From a virus (lineage: Duplodnaviria; Caudoviricetes): 64,000 bases of DNA. Position numbers and translations under genes: made by a program. Below the pieces are notes generated by a model. That model saw only the letters and a program-made list of their open reading frames with translations. It was not told the DNA's origin and made no database searches. Every line of letters starts with the position of its first letter. The first letter of the stretch is position 1. Of the stretch, positions 10,401-19,267 are shown in pieces. Where the stretch lies: positions 2,192 to 66,191 of IMG/VR virus record IMGVR_UViG_3300008954_000046; one strand, written 5' to 3'.

Positions 10401-10996
10401 GGTTTGGTGGAAGACCAGGATTAATGACATTCATCTTTCCACCGATTAATACTGGTTTTGATAGAAATCAAAGAAATATAAGAAATGCACAATATAGACT
10501 CTTAGATGGGGATATCTCACAAGCGGTTGCTTTAAATAATGAACTTGGATTATATAAGTACCAAAGTCCTCTTCACTACCCAAGTGACCCTCAATACGGT
10601 CCATTACCTACTGGTATGATAGACCCAGATATTGGGCCAACATTTGCAAAGAAAGAAATGAAAATTACTCCTGACAATGTAAGAGCAGATGTTATAGGAG
10701 GGAATAATGGATATACTTTTGCTCAACAAATTCCATATTATCCTTGGGGAAAAACAAACCAAACATTTGGAGATAGAGACAATAATTGGAGAACGGCACA
10801 ATCTAACCTAATCACCAATAGAAACCAACCAGGAATCTTAGTAGAACCAAAGACTGGGCCAATATTTTATGGAATTCCACAAGGGGACGAACTCTCCTTT
10901 GGATATTTCCATTACTATTTTGGACTTTACCAAGGAGATACCGCGTACGACGAATTCGTGAATAAATACATACCACCAATAGAAGAAACATCGTAA
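7496..10996 (+). CDS. large baseplate-region protein with N-terminal prealbumin/carboxypeptidase-regulatory-like domain and central hydrophobic helices
   Basis: GVVVGRV..GLGIPNAKISVF and AKTNENGDFMIWGAPIGVYQIH beta-sandwich motifs; two long hydrophobic blocks; located after the gp6-like gene. Confidence 0.7.
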   Translation: MQKSYRIRTKIGEDSHIKVNLQQDFDLLEILSLKLTQSEVYSRLCADYGVVVGRVVANSGLGIPNAKISVFIPLTDEDAQDEVITALYPYTDVTDKNDEGYRYNLLPTTKQHNRHAATGSFMGAEEVISNPLKLEVYEKYYKFTAKTNENGDFMIWGAPIGVYQIHMSVDVSDIGCFSMKPFNFISQGVPAENFKSSAEFKSSENLDTLPQIVIQNKTIEVVPFWGDDELCNSGVSRVDFDLRDSNVEIRPNALLMGSIISDNNVENVGWKCGPSKRMGEVCKLTTGSGKIEAVRFTIHKEEDGCTPKLERINLYKIGGNGSFVAEVPMNLDYLYTDEYGNQQISDDPSVGVPTRGKYRFRISFDQEYSSESRKAKYLVPNLREYTNQYFPNSYSFSTNLLDYPEADPAWGDSWETSPAFLTQDYFYEMKPDRVYSVTQHIDLYRNNYQPMPFDGDVTTTGAWPFTRAGQGSKDNRWNFIGIKSTNPAYEADCSGTIKEFPPNDGFRGGSFIFLMTQLNLFVTQLAIFVPFMLLALSVIIGTFNLFMQLVAMFADLAAHSAEFINFVVGLGVNVPLGDILGAVGTIIGVFLIAATEITLSLIMVSAITSMKYRLPLTKYDECENCNCGNFFKLDIIGVFGLGDFEEEAGDVLVDDPLCQIPPLCSDPSDPGGSSCAGSPLYYSEIHGEELENQGRGRLSNKGCYTISYDGSGFRTAFVTALITLAIAGIALGIIPGAGAAVGPLVQDLVIGGFVAVIAAFLLARLATIFTALNEWRVRKNIYNGLCQGVFNLGFWNSWIRGTLYHFRFENKVDVIVDDATLQETRTDFCCRDVIITPEDLSADNPHYYYRSCPWGVAGYIPDGGAAVQQMNWQYFYTDNADNLVPASITYRGNKGINYPTTLTELGTFEDLSTNNYCVDCNEEADTDFFINKLESSSQKSPAGILDYFINQKMMKYNFWNIQTTGINNWFGGRPGLMTFIFPPINTGFDRNQRNIRNAQYRLLDGDISQAVALNNELGLYKYQSPLHYPSDPQYGPLPTGMIDPDIGPTFAKKEMKITPDNVRADVIGGNNGYTFAQQIPYYPWGKTNQTFGDRDNNWRTAQSNLITNRNQPGILVEPKTGPIFYGIPQGDELSFGYFHYYFGLYQGDTAYDEFVNKYIPPIEETS

Positions 10997-12765
10997 TGGG
11001 TAATAGAAGTAATATAACAAAAGTAATTCCTACAAAAAGGTTCGCAGGTGCAACTGAAGAAGATTTAACATTCCAAGTATCACTCCAAGACACTTCCCGT
11101 GAATTAATACAAGGGGATAGAACGGTAAATTTAAATTTGAATGACCGATTTAATGTAGAAAGACAAACCATATCCACCTATAGACCTTACGGTAAAATAT
11201 ACCCTATGGTAGACAACTGTTACAGTGGGTTAGCGGTTGATGAAGTAGCGTTGCAATTTACCAGTCTCCTATTCCAAGAACTATTCTATGACCAACCAGC
11301 CGCAAGTCCCTGGCCAGGATACCCACAATTCAAAGAGTTTGATATACAACGAGAAGATGTAGACGAATTTTTATCCACTACTACTAATTGGAATATGTTC
11401 ATAACTTATCCGACAGATTGTAATAGTGACGAGATAATGTATTACCAACAAGAAGAAGCACCAACGAGTAGAAGTATAAGATTTACTGCTTCACAAGGTA
11501 TTCCTTTTTACGTTTTAAATATTACAGAAAATGGAAGGGATGCTTATAGATTTTATTGCCCCACTCCTCACGGATTGAGTTTAGGTGAATATGTACAATT
11601 AAGTTTAGATGATGGTTTAGGGACCAGTTACCAATTTGTGGGGGCAAGTAATACTTTTGCCGTTTATTCTCTTGGTGATGGAAAAAGAAATTCAGAATTA
11701 ACAGTTTTTACCCTAATAATTCCACAAGGAAATATTTCTACTACACCTCTTCCAGATTATACTTTCGGAACTATGAAGAGACAACTAAACCCAACTAATC
11801 CCGATACTCTATCTGTTTATTATGTTAGAAATCATAAAATATTAACGGAATATACCGATGCAGTGGTAAATGATTGTGGGTTTGAACAACAACCATTTCC
11901 TAATATAAAACAAGTAGAGAGAGTAACCCCTACTGGGGTTTGTAGAGTGGCGACTAAGAACGCATATCCCGCCTATCTTTATTCTTTTACCAGAGATGTA
12001 GACGTTAAAGATTTGAGAGATAATTTAGGACGTCCACTTACTAATTTATATATTTCAGTTTTTTTAAGAAATGATTTAGGTTATTTTGATTACCCACCTC
12101 GTTATGGGTGGGAATGGAATTTTCCTCTTACCTTTATAGATTCCTCTATTGACGGAAATGGCCAAGCAGGGCCTAATGTAGTAAGAGGAGATGTAGGAAA
12201 CCCACAACCTTCAGGAGTCATCGTAAGTAATGTGGGTGGTGGTGTAATGAATAGAGGAATTCCCCTTAGAGTGGGAGATACATTAAGAGGAGGGTTTTGT
12301 GAATATAATAAAGAAGAATTAAAAGAAAGGGTTATTAGTGATATGAGACATAAGTTTAATTGGAATGAACAAGTGTTTAATCACGGCCAACGCATAAATA
12401 TAACAGACCCATTTTTAGGGACTAATTACGATTTAATGAAGGGATACATTTATACTCCACATTATGAAGTACCAATCAGAAGATTTTCTACCTATATTGA
12501 GTTTGGGGACCCAAAAGAAGTAATAAATGTACCAGATTGGGCAGAATATTGGGAAAGTAGTAAACAATGGAGATGGAGAGATTTATACGATATAGGGTTT
12601 ATCGATAATGGGGTAGGTGTGGATTACCCATTTTTAAATGACGCACAATATCCAAGTAATATCATACCTTTTTATGTTCAAAGACAAATCCGCTTTGAAT
12701 CTGATGACAGTGTGACTGCAATAACAGAAACTATAGAAACATTTGTAATAGATGGCTGCGAATAA
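10996..12765 (+). CDS. putative virion structural protein
   Basis: 589-aa ORF coupled to the previous one (TAATG); PHGLSLGEYV beta-sandwich motif common in myophage tail proteins. Confidence 0.65.
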   Translation: MGNRSNITKVIPTKRFAGATEEDLTFQVSLQDTSRELIQGDRTVNLNLNDRFNVERQTISTYRPYGKIYPMVDNCYSGLAVDEVALQFTSLLFQELFYDQPAASPWPGYPQFKEFDIQREDVDEFLSTTTNWNMFITYPTDCNSDEIMYYQQEEAPTSRSIRFTASQGIPFYVLNITENGRDAYRFYCPTPHGLSLGEYVQLSLDDGLGTSYQFVGASNTFAVYSLGDGKRNSELTVFTLIIPQGNISTTPLPDYTFGTMKRQLNPTNPDTLSVYYVRNHKILTEYTDAVVNDCGFEQQPFPNIKQVERVTPTGVCRVATKNAYPAYLYSFTRDVDVKDLRDNLGRPLTNLYISVFLRNDLGYFDYPPRYGWEWNFPLTFIDSSIDGNGQAGPNVVRGDVGNPQPSGVIVSNVGGGVMNRGIPLRVGDTLRGGFCEYNKEELKERVISDMRHKFNWNEQVFNHGQRINITDPFLGTNYDLMKGYIYTPHYEVPIRRFSTYIEFGDPKEVINVPDWAEYWESSKQWRWRDLYDIGFIDNGVGVDYPFLNDAQYPSNIIPFYVQRQIRFESDDSVTAITETIETFVIDGCE

Positions 12766-13705
12766 ATATAAATTTACAATATCGACTAAAGACCCCACAT
12801 TACAATTGGGATTCGCAACGACTTTTGATGAAGCTGGTAGAGAAGACTTAATTAAAGGGTATGAAGACGATGTGGTAAGAAAATTAATAAATCCTACTAA
12901 AGATTATGAGGTAACTAGATTCCGACATGCACCTTTAGCGGATAATTCAGAGGAGAGTCCAGATATTTTTTATCAATTTAATTTTTTCGACCCCTTAAAC
13001 TCTACATGGCCTACAACTCTTCCTCTTCCTGCTCCTAATGCAGCGGTCCCATTTGGTTATAATTTCCAAGGATATGAAAATTTAGAAATAGCACAAAATA
13101 CTTCAGACTTACAAAAAAGCTTTTTTAAGTTAGATTTTTATGATAGTCCTAACAGTACTAGGCAGAAATTTTATATGTCGAGTATATTGTCACCAGTTAA
13201 AGGGACTTCTGTAAATTTATTATCAATAGATTTAGATTGTTTTACCACTCCAGGTTCTGATTGGGATAACTTAAATTTACACGAACCAGATTCCCCTTTG
13301 ACAGTGGATTTTGATTTTAATAATGACGGGACAGTGGACCAAACAGTGGTTATCTATGAAACTGCACGAAATGTAGTAGTTCCTAGATTCCAGTTCGATA
13401 TGGACGATAATAATAATGGTTACTTTTTCTATTGGTTAAAAGGAGATAGTGTATTAAGTATTACTAATTTTTATATGTCATGTAAATTCTATAATGGAAG
13501 AGACGGTAAAATAAGTAGGTTCACCAATTCACTACCAAGTACGATACCTAACCCAACTAGTTTTAATCCTGCTACTTACTTATACTGTAGATTACGAATA
13601 AATAAAAATGATTTTACCTATTGGTTGGAAGACTTACAAGGTAATAGGATAGGAACATCCATAAACACCCCAGTAGAATTTTGGGAATATATAAATCCAG
13701 TATAG
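12752..13705 (+). CDS. putative virion structural protein
   Basis: 317-aa ORF overlapping both neighbours in the tail operon. Confidence 0.65.
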   Translation: MAANKYKFTISTKDPTLQLGFATTFDEAGREDLIKGYEDDVVRKLINPTKDYEVTRFRHAPLADNSEESPDIFYQFNFFDPLNSTWPTTLPLPAPNAAVPFGYNFQGYENLEIAQNTSDLQKSFFKLDFYDSPNSTRQKFYMSSILSPVKGTSVNLLSIDLDCFTTPGSDWDNLNLHEPDSPLTVDFDFNNDGTVDQTVVIYETARNVVVPRFQFDMDDNNNGYFFYWLKGDSVLSITNFYMSCKFYNGRDGKISRFTNSLPSTIPNPTSFNPATYLYCRLRINKNDFTYWLEDLQGNRIGTSINTPVEFWEYINPV

Positions 13706-15588
13706 TGGAAAATTATTATTATAAAATAAAAAGAAGATTATATCCAGGGCAAATAGATGTCATTCCTACCCAGTTGCCCCAAACCTATGTTGCAGATACA
13801 CACTATACGGTTAATACGGGAGAAAATTGTGGAAATTGTTTCTTTAATCAATCTGGGTTATGTACGTATTGGCAAGCACCCATACGAGAAGATTATTGGT
13901 GCCCAACATGGAGAGACATCACCTCTACATCTCCGCTACCAACATCTCCAAGTTGTATTACAGGAGTGACTATTCCGATTCTTTTAACTCAAGATTTTAA
14001 TGATATTGGGGTATATACTCCATGGGATGGCCTCGCATACCAAAGAGAAACTCTCAATAACTTTGTTTATACGGGTAATGGTAATTCTATTACAGTGTTC
14101 AATACATCCAACTTAGAGTTTAAAAAATTCTTACGAGTTGCACCATATACAATAGATTGGGGAGACGGTACAACAGGTACCCTATCTTCACCATCTCAGA
14201 CTGTTGCTACTCACACTTATACCACACCTTCCACAGCGTATACAATTACACTTAAACAAGTAAATCCGTGGGGTACAACGTATGTATCTAAAACTTTACC
14301 TATTCCGTATTTAAATACACCACCAATTACTAATCCTTTTGGGAGCTTTGCAATTCAACCTCCTAATCTAGGAGACCCAATAGGTTGTCAGTATATCGCT
14401 CAAGATTGGATATTTAGTGGTGATAGTAATCCAGATGTTTGGGACTTTTATAGTATGCATTATACAGATGTTCCCTTTCAAGTTACTGGTTATTCATATA
14501 CTAGTCAATTAAATATGTTAGCACAATATGGAAATGCTCCTTACCCATCAGTTGGGCAAGTGGTGAGTGTTGGGCTTTCAGGGCACGGAGTTATTAATAC
14601 TATAGAACCTTCATATACTGCTTACACCATTAACCATATGGATTATACCGACTATAGTGGAGGAACCACCACTTATAGTGCTACAAGTAGAGGGTTATTC
14701 TGGGGCAATCTCGATTATAATTGTTGTACAGATGAAGAAGGTGGGTGTGACTGTACTAATACTATTACTATTCAGCAAGGTAGTCACCCATACACTTTTG
14801 ATTTAGGTGTAATAAGTCTCCTGGGTAATGGTAATCTGGGACCGTGGACTTATGGTTATCCTTACGTCCAAGGAGATATTGTCACATGGCCGAGTTCACG
14901 TGGAAATTGGGATTGTTGCTATGTCTGTATTGATGGAGTTAAATGTGAAGCTAATGACCCAAGTTTTGATACAATATGGGGAGCATGCACCGATTGTACT
15001 ACACCAGGAGGAGGAGGTAGTAACAGAATAAATACTACGGGAGATAGACCACCCCACCCAATAGACCCAGATGAATTATATAGATGTGCAGAAAGTAGTT
15101 GTTCCCAAATTCCTAAACCTGAGATAACCATGTCGGGAAACACTTACGCTTCATTATTATCACAACCAAATGTATATAAAACAATGTCAGAGTGTGAAGC
15201 AGCGTGTGGTTGTACGAATATCCAGGAATTAGAATTAACCATTACCAATCCAACTGTATGTAGTGCTTTTGTTGACAATAACGCGTGGAATCTTAATTGT
15301 GATGGAGTAGTACAGATAGTAGGTTTTGATGAGGCTGAAAGTAGTCAATATACAATAACAAATCATACTACAGGAGAGGTTAAAATCATAACACCAACAA
15401 ATGGATATTATAGTGGTGTAATTTTTGATAATCTTTGTCCAACTAGTTATAGTAGTGTAGGTGGTGCTCCTGCAGGACTTTATAATTTTACAATTGAGGA
15501 TACTATTGGATGTACCACCACTAAAACAATTTCTGTAGAACCCGACCCACTGTATTTTACAGTAATAGATGGTGGAGGTGTTTTTTAA
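13705..15588 (+). CDS. tail-associated mosaic protein (HiPIP-like Cys module, PKD-like domain, CBM5/12-like and SprB-like modules)
   Basis: Likely GTG start overlapping the upstream TAG (TAGTG) rather than TTG at 13681. YTIDWGDG...THTYT...YTITL (PKD); PWTYGYPYVQGDIVTW (CBM5/12-like); NLCP...GLYNFTIEDTIGC (SprB-like). Confidence 0.7.
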   Translation: MENYYYKIKRRLYPGQIDVIPTQLPQTYVADTHYTVNTGENCGNCFFNQSGLCTYWQAPIREDYWCPTWRDITSTSPLPTSPSCITGVTIPILLTQDFNDIGVYTPWDGLAYQRETLNNFVYTGNGNSITVFNTSNLEFKKFLRVAPYTIDWGDGTTGTLSSPSQTVATHTYTTPSTAYTITLKQVNPWGTTYVSKTLPIPYLNTPPITNPFGSFAIQPPNLGDPIGCQYIAQDWIFSGDSNPDVWDFYSMHYTDVPFQVTGYSYTSQLNMLAQYGNAPYPSVGQVVSVGLSGHGVINTIEPSYTAYTINHMDYTDYSGGTTTYSATSRGLFWGNLDYNCCTDEEGGCDCTNTITIQQGSHPYTFDLGVISLLGNGNLGPWTYGYPYVQGDIVTWPSSRGNWDCCYVCIDGVKCEANDPSFDTIWGACTDCTTPGGGGSNRINTTGDRPPHPIDPDELYRCAESSCSQIPKPEITMSGNTYASLLSQPNVYKTMSECEAACGCTNIQELELTITNPTVCSAFVDNNAWNLNCDGVVQIVGFDEAESSQYTITNHTTGEVKIITPTNGYYSGVIFDNLCPTSYSSVGGAPAGLYNFTIEDTIGCTTTKTISVEPDPLYFTVIDGGGVF

Positions 15589-15625
15589 TATAATAATAAA
15601 ATGAATAAAAAAAAAATAATATAAA

Positions 15626-18346
15626 ATGGGTTGTCCAGGAACACCAGTAACCGCCGGATTCTCAGGAATACAATTAGGTGATACAATTATAACACAAAGT
15701 TATCCCGCCCCTAATCTATGGAATGGTTATGGTTTATCACTAAGTACTATTAATAGTGTATTAGACAATCAATCTAATCCTTCAGGGTTAGACACAAACG
15801 GGTCGTGTTCGTGTTGTTGTTCAGGACTAAATGGTGGACTTACACCCACGTGGAGTCACTTCTATCAATATATAAATTCAAGTATCACACCAATTAGTGA
15901 GTCGACATGGCCTACCGAACAATGGTTACCAGGTGGTTCTACAGGAATTTATATGAATAATGTGGGGGATAAATTTTATTTCTTTAATGTAGGACAAGTT
16001 AGTAGATGTGGACAAATAGGAGCAGGTTTATATGACTTGTCTCCTGCTAGAACTAATACATTTCTCGCAACGTTCGACGTTCTTGACCACGTAATGGACC
16101 ACTTCTTATTAGGTAGTGGTGCCCCATGGTATGTGGAGACAGACCCAAATTTCAACGGTGGATACTCTGCTATAAGTTTATGTATACCTTGTTTTCAAAT
16201 AGGTTCAGACCCAGATGTGGCGGACACATGTCCACCTGCATCGTGTGCAAACCCAATGGATTATGGGACCGCTATACCAACGACTCCTATTGCAGGTCCA
16301 GGGCACAACTTAGTAGCGGGATGTGGTAGTGGTACTGTTTGGCAAACATGTAACGATGACCCATGTTCCCCAAATGGACTTTGTTTAGGCCCTCCGAGTA
16401 CTCCCGCTCCTACAGGGTGTATACAAGACGGTTCTCCTCTGACTAATAGTCCAGCTGATAATGTATGTTTTGATTGTGCAGGTAAACCTCTTTTTAACCC
16501 CTGTTATGGTGCTACCACTAACAACCCTACTAATTACGGGGTATGGGATATGGATGATAATTGGGTACAAAGTGGTGACAGAAATGGCTTTGATTGTGGA
16601 AATACCCAGAATGGAGACGGAAGTTGGGGTAGTTATAGTTCCGCGGGAGGAGACTATTACGCAGACTATAAACAAGACCCAAGTAACTGGGATAGTTGTT
16701 GTATGTATAAACAATATGGATGTACGAATCCTTTCTATGCAAACTTTAATGCAATCGCTAGTTTAGATTGTGCAGGACAACCTGACCCAGGAGATTTAAC
16801 ATGGTATGGAAGTGACCCTTTAGACCCTGCAAGTTTTGGACAAGTAATGTGTAGTCAAGCTAGTTGGTTAAATGGTGGTTATGCACAAATAACAGACCTG
16901 GGTGGTAATAATTTCTCATGGTCGGTACCATTATTAGACCCAGTAACAGGTGCTCCAATATTAGACCCCACTTCAGGAGCTCCTATTATTTCTAGTCAAG
17001 GAACCGCATCCCAACCAGGAGGAACAGATGTACCGTGTACTAGTTTAACTGTTAATGGGTCACCTAATCCAGGTGGGCACCCCTTATCTTGGTCAAAAAC
17101 AGGATATGCATCCGCAGACCAATGTTGTTGTAATAATGATGGATGTACCGACGCAGGTGTAGGAGGTACCCTATGGGACAATACAGGGAATCCACCCCCT
17201 AATGGAGGGCCTAACAATGTTTATCCTCCACTAGGACCAGGAAGTTCCCCAGTATTTAATACAGCGGGGGGATATGAGTGGTTAGGTACAGACCCTACTT
17301 ACTATCAAGGATATATAGCTACTATTGGTTCTTCTTCTCCAACCACAATAAGTTCAGGTCCAGTAGCAGCATCTAATTATTGTGCCCAATGTAGTGGAGA
17401 TTGTAATGGGGACCCCGTAGGTACTTTTAATCCAGGTTGGGCAGATTGTTGTTGGTATCAAATACCAGGATGTATGGATAGCACAGGAGGTCCAAATCCA
17501 GATATATTTGGTACAGGACCTACCTATTTAGTATGGAATTATAACCCTCTTGCAACTTATGATGACGGTTCATGTTTTTATCAAGAACCAATTCAAGGAT
17601 GTATAGATGATGGTGGTTTAGGATTAAGTAATATAATGGGCCCATATTTAGCTCCTACATATGCAGGTATCCCTGCAAATAATTTTGACCCTGATGCAAA
17701 TATAATGGCGATGGGGACATGTACTTGGAATGAAGGATGTCCTGACCCATTAGCTGTCAATTATGACCCATGTGCAGACCCTAACGTTTTAGCCGATGTT
17801 ATCACTAATGCTTTTGGATGGAACTGTATAGTAACAGATGTAAATGGAATTGCATTACCGGGATTTTATCCTTCGGTACCAAATGCAACTCTATGTAATT
17901 ATAACATTCCAGGAGCAGGACCAGGATGTATGGACCCACAAGCACTTAACTTTAATCCTCTCGCTACACAGGGTTGTGGAGGACTTTTTCCTCCACTAGA
18001 TTTTACCTGTTGTACCTATCCAGTTGAAGGATGTACAGACCCAAATGCGTGGAATTATAATGCATTGGCAGTCATTGATGACGGGTCATGTGAATACCAA
18101 ATTAATCCATTTCAAGAAGGAGTTAATTTCCTAGATGGGACCAAAGTATTGTTATGTAGAGACCCACTGACAAAAGAAGAGGTATTAATGAATGTTTGTG
18201 AGCCGACAGAAATACAATCAGAAATATTTATCGAAAGAGGAAAACAAACAGTATTTGAACCAAATCAACGATTAGGGGAAATTAAAACCATGGGAGGGCT
18301 AGTAAACCACGGTTATGGATATTATAAAATAAAGAAACAAGAATAA
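15626..18346 (+). CDS. Cys/Gly/Pro-rich tail-associated protein with GCxD...NY.P.A..DDGSC repeats
   Basis: About seven degenerate repeats, cleanest EGCTDPNAWNYNALAVIDDGSCEY; ordered, charged C-terminal ~70 aa. Confidence 0.75.
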   Translation: MGCPGTPVTAGFSGIQLGDTIITQSYPAPNLWNGYGLSLSTINSVLDNQSNPSGLDTNGSCSCCCSGLNGGLTPTWSHFYQYINSSITPISESTWPTEQWLPGGSTGIYMNNVGDKFYFFNVGQVSRCGQIGAGLYDLSPARTNTFLATFDVLDHVMDHFLLGSGAPWYVETDPNFNGGYSAISLCIPCFQIGSDPDVADTCPPASCANPMDYGTAIPTTPIAGPGHNLVAGCGSGTVWQTCNDDPCSPNGLCLGPPSTPAPTGCIQDGSPLTNSPADNVCFDCAGKPLFNPCYGATTNNPTNYGVWDMDDNWVQSGDRNGFDCGNTQNGDGSWGSYSSAGGDYYADYKQDPSNWDSCCMYKQYGCTNPFYANFNAIASLDCAGQPDPGDLTWYGSDPLDPASFGQVMCSQASWLNGGYAQITDLGGNNFSWSVPLLDPVTGAPILDPTSGAPIISSQGTASQPGGTDVPCTSLTVNGSPNPGGHPLSWSKTGYASADQCCCNNDGCTDAGVGGTLWDNTGNPPPNGGPNNVYPPLGPGSSPVFNTAGGYEWLGTDPTYYQGYIATIGSSSPTTISSGPVAASNYCAQCSGDCNGDPVGTFNPGWADCCWYQIPGCMDSTGGPNPDIFGTGPTYLVWNYNPLATYDDGSCFYQEPIQGCIDDGGLGLSNIMGPYLAPTYAGIPANNFDPDANIMAMGTCTWNEGCPDPLAVNYDPCADPNVLADVITNAFGWNCIVTDVNGIALPGFYPSVPNATLCNYNIPGAGPGCMDPQALNFNPLATQGCGGLFPPLDFTCCTYPVEGCTDPNAWNYNALAVIDDGSCEYQINPFQEGVNFLDGTKVLLCRDPLTKEEVLMNVCEPTEIQSEIFIERGKQTVFEPNQRLGEIKTMGGLVNHGYGYYKIKKQE
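16715..18097 (+). repeat. degenerate protein-level repeat array GC[TMIP][DN]...N[YF].P.A....C
   Basis: YGCTNP, DGCTDA, PGCMDS, QGCIDD, EGCPDP, PGCMDP, EGCTDP, with variable-length inserts. Confidence 0.75.
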
Positions 18347-18358
18347 AATTTAAAAAAT

Positions 18359-19264
18359 ATGGCATTAGGAGCATACGGAATAAAAAGACCAGCAGATGTA
18401 TCACCAGAAGATGTGGATATAGTAATGGTATACACCCCCACTAGGGAATCAAATAGTGGTGTAATACTAAAAAGTTTAGACGCCAGTTCTATCTTAACCC
18501 CTTATTATCATAATGGGGAGACTACGGGTAACGCAAACGTCGAAATTCTAGGTGGATTATATAATTTAAAATTACCTTCTACAGAATTTAATAAAAAAGG
18601 AATTTATACGGTTTATATTAAACCAGTAGAAGTACGGACTTCAATCACCGACTGTGGTGTACTCTCTTCACTACCAAACGTTAAGGGATTAGTTTTTGAT
18701 TTAAATAATGTAGCTCCACAGTATAGGAATAAATTTGTAAACAATGGTTTAGTAGGGTTTAGGGTAGAATATCTAAATTCTGACGGAACTAAAATTCCTA
18801 ATTTCTATAGAGTTGTCACCTCTTCCTTTTTCTGTGAACCAATTACACAAAATTTAACTAATAGTGCACAAAAAGCTATTAGATATCGTTATGTAAATGG
18901 AGGGAGTAACTTATTGTTCTGTACACTAACACCAACATCAGCACCTTCCAATAAACCTAACGCATTACCATATATCGGACAACCCGACCAAAATGTAATT
19001 ATAAGTAATACCTATTTTAATCCCATAACTTTAGAGATAGAGATGGTGGATTATGACTTAGAAAGTTTAGGTATAGCATTATATGGAAACCAAACTAAGT
19101 CATTAACGGATGGTATTTACACCCTTTATGACGAAAATGATAACATTTATAAACAATATACTCTCTACGAAAAACGTGACCAATTTGGTAATCCTTTATA
19201 TGAAGTAAGAAAAGATAGAGAGAATAATATAGACTTTAGTAAAGCTTTTAATAACATCCAATAG
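18359..19264 (+). CDS. putative virion structural protein
   Basis: 301-aa beta-rich ORF within the tail operon. Confidence 0.65.
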   Translation: MALGAYGIKRPADVSPEDVDIVMVYTPTRESNSGVILKSLDASSILTPYYHNGETTGNANVEILGGLYNLKLPSTEFNKKGIYTVYIKPVEVRTSITDCGVLSSLPNVKGLVFDLNNVAPQYRNKFVNNGLVGFRVEYLNSDGTKIPNFYRVVTSSFFCEPITQNLTNSAQKAIRYRYVNGGSNLLFCTLTPTSAPSNKPNALPYIGQPDQNVIISNTYFNPITLEIEMVDYDLESLGIALYGNQTKSLTDGIYTLYDENDNIYKQYTLYEKRDQFGNPLYEVRKDRENNIDFSKAFNNIQ

Positions 19265-19267
19265 TAA

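Noticed and set aside
15575-15630. Programmed frameshift or poly-A phase variation fusing the 13705 and 15626 ORFs
   Set aside because: Both shifted frames after GTTTTTT hit stops before 15626, and changing the A10 run length does not open a fused frame; the run fits the A-rich leaders seen elsewhere.
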